64,000 nt of DNA from Ostrea edulis. Taxonomy: Eukaryota. The position numbers and the translations under genes are program-made. The notes beneath the pieces are model-generated. The model was not told the origin of the DNA. It searched no databases and saw only the letters and a list, made by a program, of their open reading frames with translations. Each line of letters opens with the position of its first letter. Within the stretch, counting starts at the first letter, position 1. Positions 48,301 through 62,300 of the stretch are shown one piece after another. The stretch is taken from contig NC_079167.1 of the NCBI RefSeq assembly GCF_947568905.1, positions 68,944,001 to 69,008,000 on the forward strand. Reading direction: 5' to 3'.

Positions 48301-49249
48301 ATTTTTAGTTTTTATTGAAAATCATAAAGCAACAGAAATCTACCAATAGAATTAACTGCTTCTATCTATAATGAAGTATGGTTTCCGTGATGTAATTTTG
48401 TCAGTTGCAACAAGTAAACGATAAATGAGTTTTATAGCACTTTATGATGGGAGTTTTTTCTCCTAATGGAATGCCACAAAAATTAAACTTATACTTACTG
48501 TCCCTGAATAAGAGAAGAAGAATTTGACAAGTTTGTCATCATACATCTGTGGGTGTCGTGCGATGAGATTTAGGAAGCGTCGCAAGGATTTCCTCCTCTG
48601 CTCTATAAACTCTCGATTGCCTGGAAATACACCGCAAAATTTCAGCTGCAAATTTAACTAAAGATAGTGATGTATTTGTTAAAAGATAAGAGTGTCTAGA
48701 TCTGCTTCATATAACAGGCCTATCATGTTTGTCTCCACGACAAATTTTGTGAATAAAAGTCAACACTAACTGCCTCTTAAAAATAAATCAATTTAAAACC
48801 AGCTATTTGCATACTAGATGGGATTGTTGAAACAACAAGAGGCCCAGGGGCCTTATAGGTCACCTGAGTATCATGTAACAACCTTCCAATGTTTGAATTA
48901 GGTTTGTGTTTAAATATAAAAATCCTACTTTTGGATGGAAGAAACATTGAATAGCTATGTGGTCAGCCCCGCCTTTGCACCAGAACCCCTCACCCAGGGG
49001 CCATAAATTTCAGTTTTGAAAGAAGCATCCTTGATCATCATTATCATACTATTAGTTTGTCTACTTAATACCCAGCAGCAGAGGAGAAGATTTTCAAAGA
49101 AATAAAATGCATTTTCACTATATGATCAATAGGGCCCCACCTTAATACCAGAACCCCTGACCCAGGGGCCATGAATTTCACAATTTTGAAAGAGGCATCC
49201 TTGCTCATCATAACCATGCTATTGGTTTGTCTACTTAATACCCAAGGAC

Positions 49250-49299
<50 letters not shown>

Positions 49300-52200
49300 G
49301 AGCCCCACCCTAGCACCAGAACCCCTGATCCAGGGGCCATGAATTTCACAATTTTTAACAAGAGGTACTGTGAGCAATGCTCACTAAGAATACCCCCCAC
49401 TTAACCCAATCTCCCAAAGGGTGTTGGCGATAGGTATAAACTACCTCTTTTCTGAGTGTTGCTACTTCGATGTCCAGTGCGCATGACGTTTGACCTTTTG
49501 ACCCCAAAATCGATAGGGAACATCTTCATCCCATGGGTAGTCCATATGTATGATATGGTGACGGTAGGTGGAAAGGATAACGCTTTAGAGCCCGGAAACC
49601 ATATTGCTACTTCAATGTCCAGTGTGCTTGACCTTTGACCTTTTGACCCCAAAATCGATAGGGAACATCTTCATCCCATTGGGTAGTCCATATATATGAT
49701 ATGGTGACGGTAGGTGGAAAGGATAATGCTTTAGAGCCCGGAAACCATTGCATCTACAGACGGACGGACAGCCCGATTCCAGTATACCCTCCACAACTTG
49801 TTGTGGGGGTTATAAAGAGGCATCCTTGCTCATCATTACCATGCTATTAATTTGTCTACTTAATACCCAGAGACAGAGAAGAAGATTTTCAAAGAATTTC
49901 TACATTTTCACTATATGACCAATAGAGCCCCACCCTAACACAAGAACCCCTGCCCCAGGGGCCATGAATTTCACAATTTTGGTAGAGGGCTCAACGCTCA
50001 TTATAATTATGCCCACAGTTTGGCTTCTTGATGTCCAGGAGTAAAGAAGAAGATTTTTTAAAATTACACTCATTTTGATGGTTTTTGCCCCACCCCTCAG
50101 GCCCCAGGGGGGCAGGGACCACGAATTTCACAATTTTTGTTCCCCTCCACCCACAGATGCTATATGCCAAAATTGGTTGAAATTGGTTCAGGGGTTTCAG
50201 AGAAGAAGCTGAAAAATGTTCAAATGTTAACGCACGACGCACGATGAATGACGACGGACAAAAACAGATAGCAATAGGTCACCTGAATGAATTCAGGTGA
50301 CCTAATAAAAGATATATCAGGCCTGTTCAAACATGAGTGACAGAAGCATTGTACTGCTATCTTTCAAAACTTCACATAGAACATCAGGAAAAAATTGTCT
50401 AAGAGTATGTTTCCCCCCTCCCCTTTTTGCATGGGCCATCCACCACTTTTCTGCCTAATGTTATTGTAATGGATAAAAACCACAACAGTCTAATTTTTAA
50501 GATACAAATCAATAAAAAAAAATCCAACATAAATAAGTAAAAGGTGTATGAAATATCAACAGCTATCAGAATAACCTATATGAAACTTATATCAAACAAT
50601 TACTAGAGGTATATAAGCCTACCCGAGATCTTAGGTCTATAAAACAATCAGTCACTCAGTTATTCCTAAAAGTCGAACCGTAACATACGGGGATCGGTAT
50701 AGCTCCAAAACTGTGGAATGCCCTTCCAGAACATGTAAGGGACTGTAGAACACTGTGTGCATTCAAGAAGTCACTGAAAACACATTTTTTCCATCAAGTT
50801 TTCCAAGACTAGTTTATATCATTTCAGTCATTCGTGTAGGTTAGATTCTGTGAAAAACTGTGAAAACTAAAGACTGTGTGTCTTAGCTTTCGAGTACCAT
50901 TTTGTGATGTTTTATTAAAAAAAAGAATTGTATGTTTTAATGTATTATACCCGAGACATTATATGCTGTGTGTGCGTGTGTGTATTTCATTATTATTATT
51001 ATTTTAATACGCCCTGAAACTGATGTTTATTCTTATCTAGCATATTTATGGTATCTTGTATTTTCATGTTTTTTATGTACAATCAGGATAGGTACAGCTT
51101 TTAATGTTTTATTTATTTCCTATGTATTATGTGCATAACATTCTGTTGTAAGGTATATATATGTATTGTAAAGCACCTTTGAGCGTACATAGTGTATGAA
51201 AAGGGTGCTATATAAATATGGTATTATTATTATATTAAAACTAATCCATGAAATTAAGTTCTGAAATATCAAGAATTTATACCTGCTTGTCTACAATGTT
51301 TACAAACTGTCAATAATACATGTATATAGCCCTGCACTAACTCTATAAAATAACAAGCCTCACTTTCACATTTCAATGACAGCAGAGAAGAGTATGTGCT
51401 TGCTTAGGTACACTCTTGTGCAAATGATATCACACTGTGTTTGGTAATAAATAGATGCCTAACTATAATGATAGACTTATCAATGAAATCAATAAGTTTA
51501 TTATCCCCTGCTGTGGGACATTCTCTAACTGTAATCCAAGTGTCCACCAGATTCATGAGAAATTGCATGCATGAAACTAGATCTTAAAGTTTCTATTCAC
51601 ACTGACACAAACATTTGATGAAATACCTCAAAATCCCATAATTTCAATGTCTCCAATTCTAATGCTTTGCAGAAAAGTTTTATCTGGTATACTGCTTAGT
51701 GAGGTACTGATTTCACGAGAAGAGGTGAAATATTGTGTTTCTCTTCGATATCTTTTACATTCACATTTCATTACTTTCATACCACAAAATCTACAAAAAA
51801 TTTGACCTATAAAAATTCGAGATTTTACAGAGAGCGTATAGCTATAGTTACCTCCCATCATCTTCTTTGGAGGAAGTCTTGGAATAAGTCTGTATGGAAA
51901 CCGTGTCATTAACATTTCTTGGAATGCCAGAAAATCGTTGTATCTTCTTAACACAGTTGTTTTGCAAACCTGCAAAATTGACAAATGCTAAGATAATTAA
52001 AGTCTAAACTAAGAATAGCCCTAAGGACAGGAATTTCAAATAAGAGGACCAGAGATATTAACCGTCACATGTGTACCACACTGAGACAATGTAAAACTAA
52101 TACTGTATCAGCAGAATATTTAGAAAGAACTTAATTTTATCATTTTTCTCGACAGTGTTGAAATCGCTAAAATTGAATATCGCTCATATCAATTCCATAT

Positions 52201-55200
52201 CAGGAGTAATAGCTATCTTTCTTGGAATTATAAAGTTGATAAAATTAGCTTTCCATGAATATATATGGCCATAATTTTATGGAAAAATTTATGAATTTGT
52301 GCCTCGCTAAAAACACCACTTTAATACATATGTATACGGTATAATATGTGTTACATATTGATGATGCAGTGAGAGAGTTTTCCATTTGGAGAACGGGATG
52401 TAGTCAGTTCTTTATACAAACACAGTATGATGATGGAGGACAGATGGATATCTTAATTCCTTTAACCGCCCAAACTTTGTTTGCAGGGACCATAACTAAA
52501 GCTAGTTTGAGGTCAGGTGAGAAGAAGAATATAAATTACAATAAACACATTTTCATTATACAATTAAAGAGACACTACAGCTCATTTTGCATAAAAATCA
52601 TGAAATCACAATTTTCCCAGAGCTTTTTCAATTTTTGTTGCATTGTTGAATGTATGAACTTTGCGAAAATAACACTTATTTAAAGTCAAAAATTCTCATT
52701 TTAACGTAAAATTTAATACTTTTTGATGGCCTATACAAAAAAATATCGAGTCTCCTCCTTTCGGTCTTCAGACGCATGCGCATAGACAGTAAACAGTGCA
52801 GCATGTCGTCCATGAGAGAAAGTGTAGTGGATAGATCCAGAATTTTGACAGATTCTGTGAGAAAAGAAGTTAAAATAAAATGAGATAAAACTCATATGTG
52901 AAATAAAATTGACCTTGCGATCAGTATGACTGTTGGAAAACAAAGGCCTAGGAGAAACGATTGTAACTCAGTGGTGGATCTAGGATTTCTGAAGGGGTGT
53001 GTGAAAATCAAATATTAGCCAAAGTAATCGGCTTTCTGGGTGCAAAATTTGGATTTTCACTCACAATTTGTGGCGAGAGGGAGGGGGATCCTGCCCCCCC
53101 CCCCTAACTCTGCCATTGGGACAAGCCGCGAAGACACTGTTTTAAAAGTAAGTGCTATTTTTATCTGAATACGACGTACAGGTGTTAGTTGTAAAAACAT
53201 CGGTCAATTGGAACATGGAAGGGTTTCTGTTGAAACAATGATTTATATAATTATTTATTATAAGGAGCAGGGAATAATCGTATACTTGAAAGGTGTGGAC
53301 CCCTTTGAAGGGGAATTCACAAATAATTTCCTTCACAACACCTTTTGCTGTCATTCAAAACCACGTGATGTAAATAAGCATTCAAAAGTAAGAGTCAGCA
53401 TGAAGAAACCTTTGAATTCCGCACGATCTTCAAAGCGCATTTGAGAGTAAATTGATGTATCCCAATTGTTCAAAATTGTCAGTATCGATATGATATTTAT
53501 CATTTTATCAATACGTGTTTTCAAAAACACTTTATTAAAATGTGGAAAATGAGCTGTAGTGTCTCTTTAATATAGCTAAGCCCTAGGAGCCAAGGCCCAT
53601 GAATCCATGAACTTCAAAATACTGGTACAGACTTCAAATGTAATTATAACCCATGCATTCAGCACATGTGATAATGTTCCGGAATTAAAAATCAGGGCAG
53701 GAAATTCTTAAAATCACTACCTAAGATGTAACTGATTATCATATACTGTACTAATTACAAAAGGATAATAATAAATCTATCTTACATAAAAGTTTATATC
53801 AACATGATCAAAGGAAATTTCATATAAACTGGCAAACTGCATGACAAAACAGCCTTGAAATATGTAAAAAACACTTGTACATGATCCATCTCATATACGA
53901 GAAAGTTTCCTTTAATATTTTTAAAACATTAAAAACATAATTACACATCATCATGCTTTACTTTTTGAATATACAAATCACATGAACTCATTTCACAAGG
54001 ACACTTAAAAACCCTTGAGCAAGCATGGCATAAAATATGTGTGTTGAACAATGTTGACAAGTGAGATTTTCTTGTATGTAACTTCAAAATTTAAAATTTG
54101 CAACATGAAAATATATAAATGTACTGGTAAACAACAATATATTACTAAACCAATCACAAAGCTTATAAATATCTCAATGAGAAAAATGTACTGTCAGTCT
54201 ACTCCTGCAGGATGTGATTGTAAAGCTTGGTGCTTACTGTATAAGAAAATATGCCTTGAAAATGTTAGAAGGACATTTAGGGAGAATTTGGAGTAAAAAA
54301 CTAAACTCCAGTGGATAGACAGGTTGACCCAGAGAATACACAGTTAACTGTGCTTAAGTGCAGTATTCACAATTTCCATTGCTTGTAATTTTATACTGTA
54401 CACATATTTTACAACAAACACTTAAAAAAAAACCCATCCAGTCCATGTTGCATAAAACAAAGACTAAATTTAGCTTATCAGTAATAGAATTATAATTGTA
54501 GAATGTCACTTTGCCCATCAGCAAGTGTATCTAATATTCATCCAATCCCAACTCTGCTCACTCTGAAGTACTTCTACTTAGGTACAAGGATCTCCTTTTA
54601 ATCTGTGCTTCACACCCATGTACTATGTGCTATAATTTCATTTCCTCTCCAATGAAACATTTAAGAGGATAAGAGCTGTTAGGTAATTATAAAGTTATAG
54701 TGGTTAATGGCTACTATATGTAGTAAAGCACGATCAAATATCTTAAAGAAACATTAGCTCTAAATCTGAAAATAAAAGTGCTATAATGATAGATTTGTAT
54801 GTACATAATCATTGAAAAATTAAAACAAAGTTTTATCAAATAAAGATTTTGGTTCTATTGAATCTATAACATTATATAGAAATCAATTTTTATACGGGAA
54901 GACAACAATATAATTTTGCTTCATTCAGAAACTCTGAATAGATTTTCTAATACAAATATCAATAATAAAAGTTTACATACTTTATTTTTTTTCTCTCATT
55001 GAAATAGTAAACCAGTTTTGCAACAAAAATTTACGACACCAAATTATAAACTTCTAATATTGCTTTAATAATTATTTTCAACATTTTGAACTCTGGATCT
55101 ATAGCATAATACAAGTACAGTGTACATGTTCTAGTTTGCTGAATGAATCAACATGAATTTCATTTCCATTAACATGATTAACAAAATCAGAAAGAAAAAA

Positions 55201-56763
55201 AAAGTTCAGTCTGTATACATGTAATTCATCTGTTAGGACAACAGCTATCAACTAAACTATCTATAAATATTTGTTGTTTAGCAAGCTATTTACAGATTTA
55301 TCTTTATATATATTTGATTTCCTTATACATTGTTATATGTACATTTTTTTACCACGCAAAAATATATCTTGCTTTATAGCAAACAAAAGAATGAGAAATT
55401 TCATATCCATTAAACCTAGGGCTAGATAAAGTTTCAAATCAGTTACTACATGTAATAGAAAACCCTCCAGGAATAATATTTACCTGGCTTGTTACTTCAT
55501 ATTCCACATGTTTCAAAATAAGTCCTTTCTTTTCTGGTACAAGTTCTACTTTGATTGTGTCCAGTTTGCAAAGTTCATGGTAGGAATATCCCAGAACATT
55601 AGGAGATTTCTGTCTTCGCATTTTGATGCTTGTTGCTCGTAGGTCTGATAAATCACCTAGGTTAGGTCTGGGAAGTTCTATAAAAGATTATTAGAATTGA
55701 AGATGGCTATAAGTAACAATAACCTACAAAAGATCTGTGTTATTATTTCTTCTCCATCCTATTATGTTCAGTGGTTTCAGTATTTCGTTAAAAGAGATAT
55801 TCAGAAAATTCTTAAATGATAATTTACATAATTTTGATCAGACATGTAACATACAATACAATATCACTGAAATGATTTTTAAATGTTAGAAGAAGACAAG
55901 CATGGTAAGTGCTTTAATAATCATTAATATTATTATTCATTTATATATAATTATACAAAAAACTTTTATTTCAAGTGTATGAGTGAAGTAAGGGCTTCTC
56001 ATCACTTTATGTTTTAATTTAAAATACTATAATTTACAATCTCACCATGCCCAGAAAAACTTTCCAACAGTTTTTCACTGACAGTTTTGCCTTGTTGGGC
56101 CAGAGCAGTAAGAGCCAAAGCTTTGTACAGCCCGACGCGAGTTAGGTAGCCCTGCTTGCTCTCTACCATGTCCCATATCTAAAAATCATAGAAACTGATT
56201 TATGTATAAATACACCGAATAGTTAGAGCTGCATTATGTTTGTTATGTTTACACATGCCCTTCAAAGGTTACCAATGATTGAATAATACAACATAAAAGT
56301 AAATTCAAATATTCTTTAACATATGGGCCCACACATAACAATATATACTAGATTATAAGTATCTAGGCTAGTTAAAAATTTATGGTTTTATCTGCTTATT
56401 AATAGGAATGCAGTAATAGTCTGGATACCTGCCATGTTAAATTCTGCTTTGAATATATTAATTTCAATTTCCCTGACTAGTTCAAACAACATGATATGCC
56501 AGACTTGTAAACATGCATGTATAGAATAGAATATGATTTATTTCCAAATTAGGGCCCTCTCGGGCATACAGCATACATGATTGTTAACATTTCAATGTGC
56601 AATGACGATAAAAAGAAAAACAAAACAAGAGTAAAAATCTGCACTATTAGTATGAGCAATGTTCATACATGAGACGTTTGAACATGATAATACTTATTTG
56701 CATTATATGTAAGTACCACCGTGTATCCTAATGCAAAACAGTCAGAAATACACATAGGGAAAA

Positions 56764-56797
<34 letters not shown>

Positions 56798-58577
56798 TGT
56801 CTATATATATACACGTACATAACAACTCTACATGTAATAATAGTAAAGGTAGTAAAGTACATATGATTAACTCCACTGTAATGCAAAAGATACCACGGGA
56901 CAGTGCATTGGTACTAGATCAACATGTCATGTTTATAATGAGTGCATATGTGCAATATGGTTTCATATGGTTCACACATAATATACAGTAATGCTAGTAG
57001 TATGAGCTTAGACAATGTACATAACACGAGACATTACTTGATGTAATATATGTAAGTACCACCGTGAATCCTAATGCAAAACAGTCAGAAATACACATAG
57101 GGGAAAAAAATACATATACATATATAGATGTCTATATATATATACATGTACATAACAACTCTACATGTAATAATAGTAAAGGTAGTAAAGTACATTATGA
57201 TTAACTCCACTGTAATGCAAAAGATACCACGGGACGGTGCATTGGTACTAGATCAACATGTCATGTTTATAATGAGTGCATATGTGCAATATGGTTCACA
57301 CATAATATACAGTAATACTAGTAGTATGAGCTTAGACAATGTACATAACACGAGACATTACTTGATGTAATATATGTAAGTACCACCGTGTATCATAATG
57401 CAAAACAGTTAGAAATACACACAGGAAGAAAATAATAACAATATATGCAATGACACATAATAATATTAATAGACACGTAGTACAAGTACATATGATTGAA
57501 TGGAATGCAAAAGATACCACGGGACGGTGCATTGGTACTAAGTCAACATGTCATGTTTACAAGGAGTGCATAATTATGTATAAACATATTGGTTTGAACT
57601 TTCACATGTTTCATTTTATATTGCTTCTTTAATCAAATCGCAAAGGGCTACAAGTACATCAGTATTTTCACAATTGAGTAACCATATTAATCTATTCATG
57701 TTGTCAAGACTGGAAAAATGTTCACATTGTTGTTTTATAATTTCATACATGTTCTGCCTGAGTGAGTTATAAGTTAAACATTAAAAAATTAGATGAATTT
57801 CATCACCAATTTTACAAGAAGAACACTTTGTGCAAAATCTTAAATGTCTAGGGATTCCTGAATAACGACCTCGTTCTACTGGTAAATTGTGCGCTGATGT
57901 ACGTAATCTTGCAAGTGTTTTACGTTGTGCAGGTGGTAAGAGTGTTAAGTAGTTTTCAAAAACAAAATTAGTTTTAAATTTAACATAAGTTTCAAGTTTT
58001 CCATATTGTAAACTTCTGATATATATATATATGTATGTAATTATCTTCAGTTCATGTGCTTTGTATCAAAATCATGACTGATAAAAATGTAAGACAATCA
58101 TGAAAGTTTAGATTTGCACGAGTTACATATGTCCAGCATGCAAAAAAAATTTCCTCAAAGGTTAATGTTAAGAAATATGTAGCCATCTTGGGATCCGCCC
58201 ACTTCAATGTGGGAGGTACAGTATGGCAGAGTTGAGTACCTTGAAGATTTTTAACTATAAACTCTGTACCAAGTATATTAGATGATTTATATTTTACCTG
58301 TGATATTGTTGGGCGTGGCAAACTGGACTTTAACAACAGCTGTATAAAAAGATCTTTATCCACCTGTTCGTTGTGGGGGCACAAAATTTCATATACCTCT
58401 CGATAGTAGGCCGGAACGGACCCTTCAAATAAAGCAGAATACATGTAGAATGTATCAACTGTAATAGTTTTACAAACTTTAATGAATTCTAAGGAATGAG
58501 AGTCATGTCGCGTGACTTCGTGCAATTTATATCGTAAACAAATTAGCAAGCTTACCGAGAGTCAGATCCGCCGACAT
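42367..58577 (-). CDS. SNX8: Sorting nexin 8 (PX-BAR) with an N-terminal EH-like domain, 14 exons, 528 aa
   Basis: Exons 58577..58556, 58422..58298, 56178..56046, 55677..55484, 51969..51852, 48620..48499, 48181..48101, 45386..45226, 44650..44518, 43681..43613, 43296..43186, 43025..42987, 42862..42713, 42495..42367 (1587 nt, phases consistent). PX: LKHVEYEVTSQ..RRYNDF..FPYRLIPRLPPKK..REFIEQRR; BAR: DLCERHEKGVLQDHQRA, ENRNYYSLHCLQMETQLIH. Confidence 0.93.
44241..44510 (+). mobile_element. SINE-like element inserted at the SNX8 exon 9 donor site
   Basis: Same family as 30020; 10-bp direct repeat TCTTTACCTC at 44231-44240 and 44511-44520. Confidence 0.9.
45453..45665. mobile_element. Tc1/mariner-type MITE
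   Basis: TACTGTAAAC...GTTTACAGTA termini. Confidence 0.55.
45672..46160. repeat. 34-bp minisatellite interrupted by a LINE 3'-end-like fragment (about 45877-46080)
   Basis: Unit GTCACTTCAACATCTGTTTAGATTTAGTGTATAT, about 6 copies, then a GC-richer insert with AATAAA, then the units resume at 46088. Confidence 0.7.
46965..47040. mobile_element. Small palindromic MITE; second copy at about 60490-60564
   Basis: CATCTTTACTAGCCAAAGG...CCCTTGACTAGCAAAGATG. Confidence 0.6.
48834..50308. mobile_element. Helentron-like non-autonomous element with CCCAGGGGCCATGAATTT subrepeats, host of a nested element
   Basis: Starts AACAAGAGGCCCAGGGGCCTTATAGGTCACCTGAG; ends TAGGTCACCTGAATGAATTCAGGTGACCTAA. Confidence 0.8.
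49357..49813. mobile_element. Nested Helentron-like element, same family as 61392-61933 in the opposite orientation
   Basis: AACAAGAGGTACTGTGAGCAATGCTCAC...CAACTTGTTGTGGGGGTTATAA; splits a host subrepeat (CAATTTT|...|AGAGGCATCC). Confidence 0.85.
50610..51235 (+). mobile_element. L2-type LINE 3' remnant
   Basis: Degenerate PKSRTVTYGDR..IAPKLWNALPEHVR..C.FKKSLKTHFF, and tail GTAAAGCACCTTTGAGC...GCTATATAAAT...ATTATTATTA. Confidence 0.75.
52564..53570. mobile_element. Kolobok-like non-autonomous element with an internal MITE (about 52969-53120)
   Basis: TTAA|AGAGACACTACAGCTCATTTT ... AAAATGAGCTGTAGTGTCTCT|TTAA. Confidence 0.8.
56707..57560. repeat. Tandem repeat of about 325-345 bp, about 2.5 copies, in SNX8 intron 2
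   Basis: ATGTAAGTACCACCGTG recurs near 56707, 57051 and 57374. Confidence 0.9.
57690..57960 (-). mobile_element. LINE ORF2 C-terminal remnant (CR1/L2-like)
   Basis: LTLLPPAQRKTLARLRTSAHNLPVERGRYSGIPRHLRFCTKC...IGDEIH. Confidence 0.7.
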
Positions 58578-59364
58578 TTTGAAATGATCATGTGACCAAG
58601 GAACTTAGTCAACTCGTACCTTGACCAAATCGGACCCAGACGTGCATTTTAAGATTAGATATTTTTTTTCTTTAAACCATTTATTTTTTATAGATGATAG
58701 ATTTAGAAATAAGTATAGAAAAATCTTCATAAGTAGTTGTATAATGAAAATATCACAAAGCCCATTGAATAGTTTCTTTACTTCTATAGGAGGAAAAAAT
58801 TAAAAAAAAAAAAAGATTAATATTTTTCTTTAATTAAAGTAAATCGTACAATGGCTGATTAGTTACGAATTTTATTTACAATACAGTATATCAATACTCA
58901 AACAATTTTTACAATGTATTAGAATTACAATGCTACAATATTGCTACACATAGTTTTTTTCCTCAACTTGATCCAATATGTAGTAGCATTACATTTGCGA
59001 AAAAAGTTCATTAGTATTTTTTTTTTATCTCTCTGTGTCATCATTTTGGGAAGTTCTTTTTTTTTTAAAAGTTCCTTTTGAGTCTGTTGGGGTAATTCGC
59101 TGTACCAGGAATTTCCGTTGATTAGTCGAACCATTGACTTCCATGACACTGTTTACAAATGGTGTCAACAACGGACATATAGTTGTGATGGGAATGACGC
59201 CGCTAAAAGATCAAACAGAATTATAGAACATTTGCATATATATTTTTATATACATATTACTAGCTATATATAAGTCGAAATTAAATCAGAAGCATGCATT
59301 TTACGTGCACCTGAGAATTTAATTTTGATGTCAAGTTTGGACACGAGATCTATGCACGTTTACT

Positions 59365-62300
59365 ATGCCGAGAAAGCTTTTGGTGAGTGATTTTAATTCA
59401 ATTTTATTAGTAGTACGTATGCTTTTTATGGTAGCATTGTTACATATATTTAGTTGTCATAACGTACAAAACAACTGGACCATTTCTAAGATGAAATGAA
59501 GCCGAAGGAAAACTTGTACATCATTTCTATTTAAAGATTTTGTTTGATATAAATGCAGTTGTGCTTAGTAAATAAAACGACTAAATAGATTTTAGACTAT
59601 TTGGTTAGGGAAAATTTAAACTATTTATCGGACTTTTGATCCTGTGATGCTACGTACACCACATGAAATAAAGTCCCACAAGGATCATCATGATCGCACT
59701 AAACTACAGTAGCTCACTGATATTGATGGTAGACTACAACACACATCATTCTTTCCATGTGGCAAGCAGAGTGTGAGAATACATGTGCCTGTTTTTAGTA
59801 AACACATGTGGGAGAAATGCATCAATGGCCAAATCAAATGACATGTCAGCTGTTGTGATGTATTTCATCAGTCTTTATATCCACGGGCAATTATATCACC
59901 TGGGTTCTAATTTACTATTAAAAAGTACTCTATATAGTAAATTTGAACCCAAGTGATATGATATGGGCTAATTGTTTTTATCCAATGAATCAATGGTTCA
60001 GAGTGATCGTGGTATTAATATATACATGTACAGTGCCTCCAGTACAAGATTCTTGATATTGTTAGAATGTGCATCTTTATGTGCCAAAATTATTTGGGAT
60101 GCAAGAAATAAAAAAACAAAACAAGAGACACATTCTTGGATTCAAGCAAACCTTAGTTTAAAAAAACAACCAACAACATCTATTTAGTAGATCTACATGT
60201 ATTTGAATAACTTGTCATTGCGGTTCTGATAATGGCCTACACAGAAATCTGACATGAAGTACACTTAATAGCAATGCATGCCCAAAAGCTCTGAGAAAAG
60301 ATTTCATCCAATTTTAAATTTGCGTTGGCCCAGTTTTGATTTTGCCTCCTTAAGATGTGGGGGGAAATTGTGAAATAAATGATGTTACAATTATTTTTGT
60401 AGCAAGTTATGTTACTGAAAAATAAAGTATATTTTTCAGTCAATTTAAATTGCATGTTACAAACCAAGTTGAACTATAAGCTAGTCATTTTCACTAGCCA
60501 AGGGTGTTTAGTCCACTCTACTCTTCACATTGAGTGGACCGAAAACCCTTGGCTAGCAAAGATGTAGGCTATTTTATATTCTGGATAATCTTGACAGTAC
60601 ATGTAATTATTTCCCTTGACTGTGCCTTATTGATCAATTGATAGTTCCTGTTTTGGACTCTAATATAGGTACATGTATACAGTTTATATGCACATAGCAA
60701 GTTTTCATTCCTTGAGATTCCAGTTCATGTATATCTATTCTAACTCTTTTTTCAGAAATACAATTCAGATGACTATGAGTCAGATCCAGACCTGCACACA
60801 GTAACAACACTTGTAAGTTACAATTTTAACGAAATTAAATATATTTTTTTCTGTTTGACTTGGATGATAGCCTATTGATGGGACAGCGAACTTACATGTA
60901 TATAAACTTGAAATTTTTTTTTTGCTCTGTACAGAAAACTGCACATACTTTCAAACGGAAGCTTTCGTGGTAAATGATTAACATCAAAATAAAAGTAAAT
61001 TCTAATGCAGTATAAGATGTTTTGTATGAAAATTCCAGAGATGTTCACAACTGTCAGATTAAGGCAGAGCAAAGTTTTCATAAGTCCAGTATAAAGCTTA
61101 CTGTTGATATATATCCTGATGTTTGTTAAAAATATTTAGTTTAGTTATGTTAAAAGTTAAATTTTCAAAAAAAGTTTCCATTTTAAAAGTGTCCACACTA
61201 ACTACCTGTGCTTCACATAATTATTTTAATTTAAAGACTCTTCTGACTTTCAATTTGGTCAAAGCTTACCTCATTCAAATAAGCAGAGGTAAAAAAAAAA
61301 AAAAAGGATTACTATGACAATTTTGAAGTAAAAATTATAATCTGTGAGCCTGTGAAAAAATATATGAACAATAAGGCTACCCTGCTTTGATTTATTATAC
61401 CCCCCGCAACAAGTTGTGGGGGGGGGGGGGGGGGGGTATACTGGAATCGGGTTGTCCGTCAGTCTGTCGACGCAATGGTTTCCGGGCTCTAAAGCATTAT
61501 CCTTTCCACCTACCGTCACCATATCATATATATGGACTACCCATGGGATGAAGATGTTCCCTATCGATTTTGGGGTCAAAAGGTCAAAGGTCAAGCGCAC
61601 TGGACATCGAAGTAGCAATATGGTTTCCGGGCTCTAAAGCGTTATCCTTTCCACCTACAGTCACCATATCATACATATGGACTACACATGGGATGAAGAT
61701 GTTCCCTATCGATTTTGGGGTCAAAAGGTCAAAGGTCACGTGCACTGGACATCAAAGTAGCAATATGGTTTCCATTTAAATTCTTTAACGGCTTTTTTCA
61801 TCGCATGGAGATGCTGTGTTCCTAGATACCTTTTGGATCATAGTACTGAAGTTTTACCTATTACCAACACCCTTTGGGAGATTGGGGTAAGCGGGGGGTA
61901 TTCTTAGTGAGCATTGCTCACAGTACCTCTTGTTTTCATTGTTTGGGAATTTTGAAGCAGAAATTGAGGAAAATGCCTGTTGTTTAGCATTGGAGATGGG
62001 GCCTTATTTTGGTGTCATACAGATCCTTAAAAAATTCCTTAAAGCTTTGTTCAGGCCATAGTTTTGTTATGAAATAAACATGAGAGAAAACTAATAATAT
62101 CACTTTAAATAATGAATGACTAGAGTTTGAAAGAACTGTGATACTTAGGTGACTGTTAGGGCCCATGGGTCTCATAAGTCATCTCAGATTTTCTATGTTT
62201 TAGAAAATTTTTTGCTTCTTTCAAATGGATTTGATTTTAACCTACTAACTTTTTTTTACTTTTGGTTATTTCAAGGTATCAAGAAACACTGCACCTGTTA

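Noticed and set aside
49065-50242. ORFs 49065..49400, 49401..49652, 49991..50242 and 61271..61779
   Set aside because: Chance frames in the subrepeats of non-autonomous elements.
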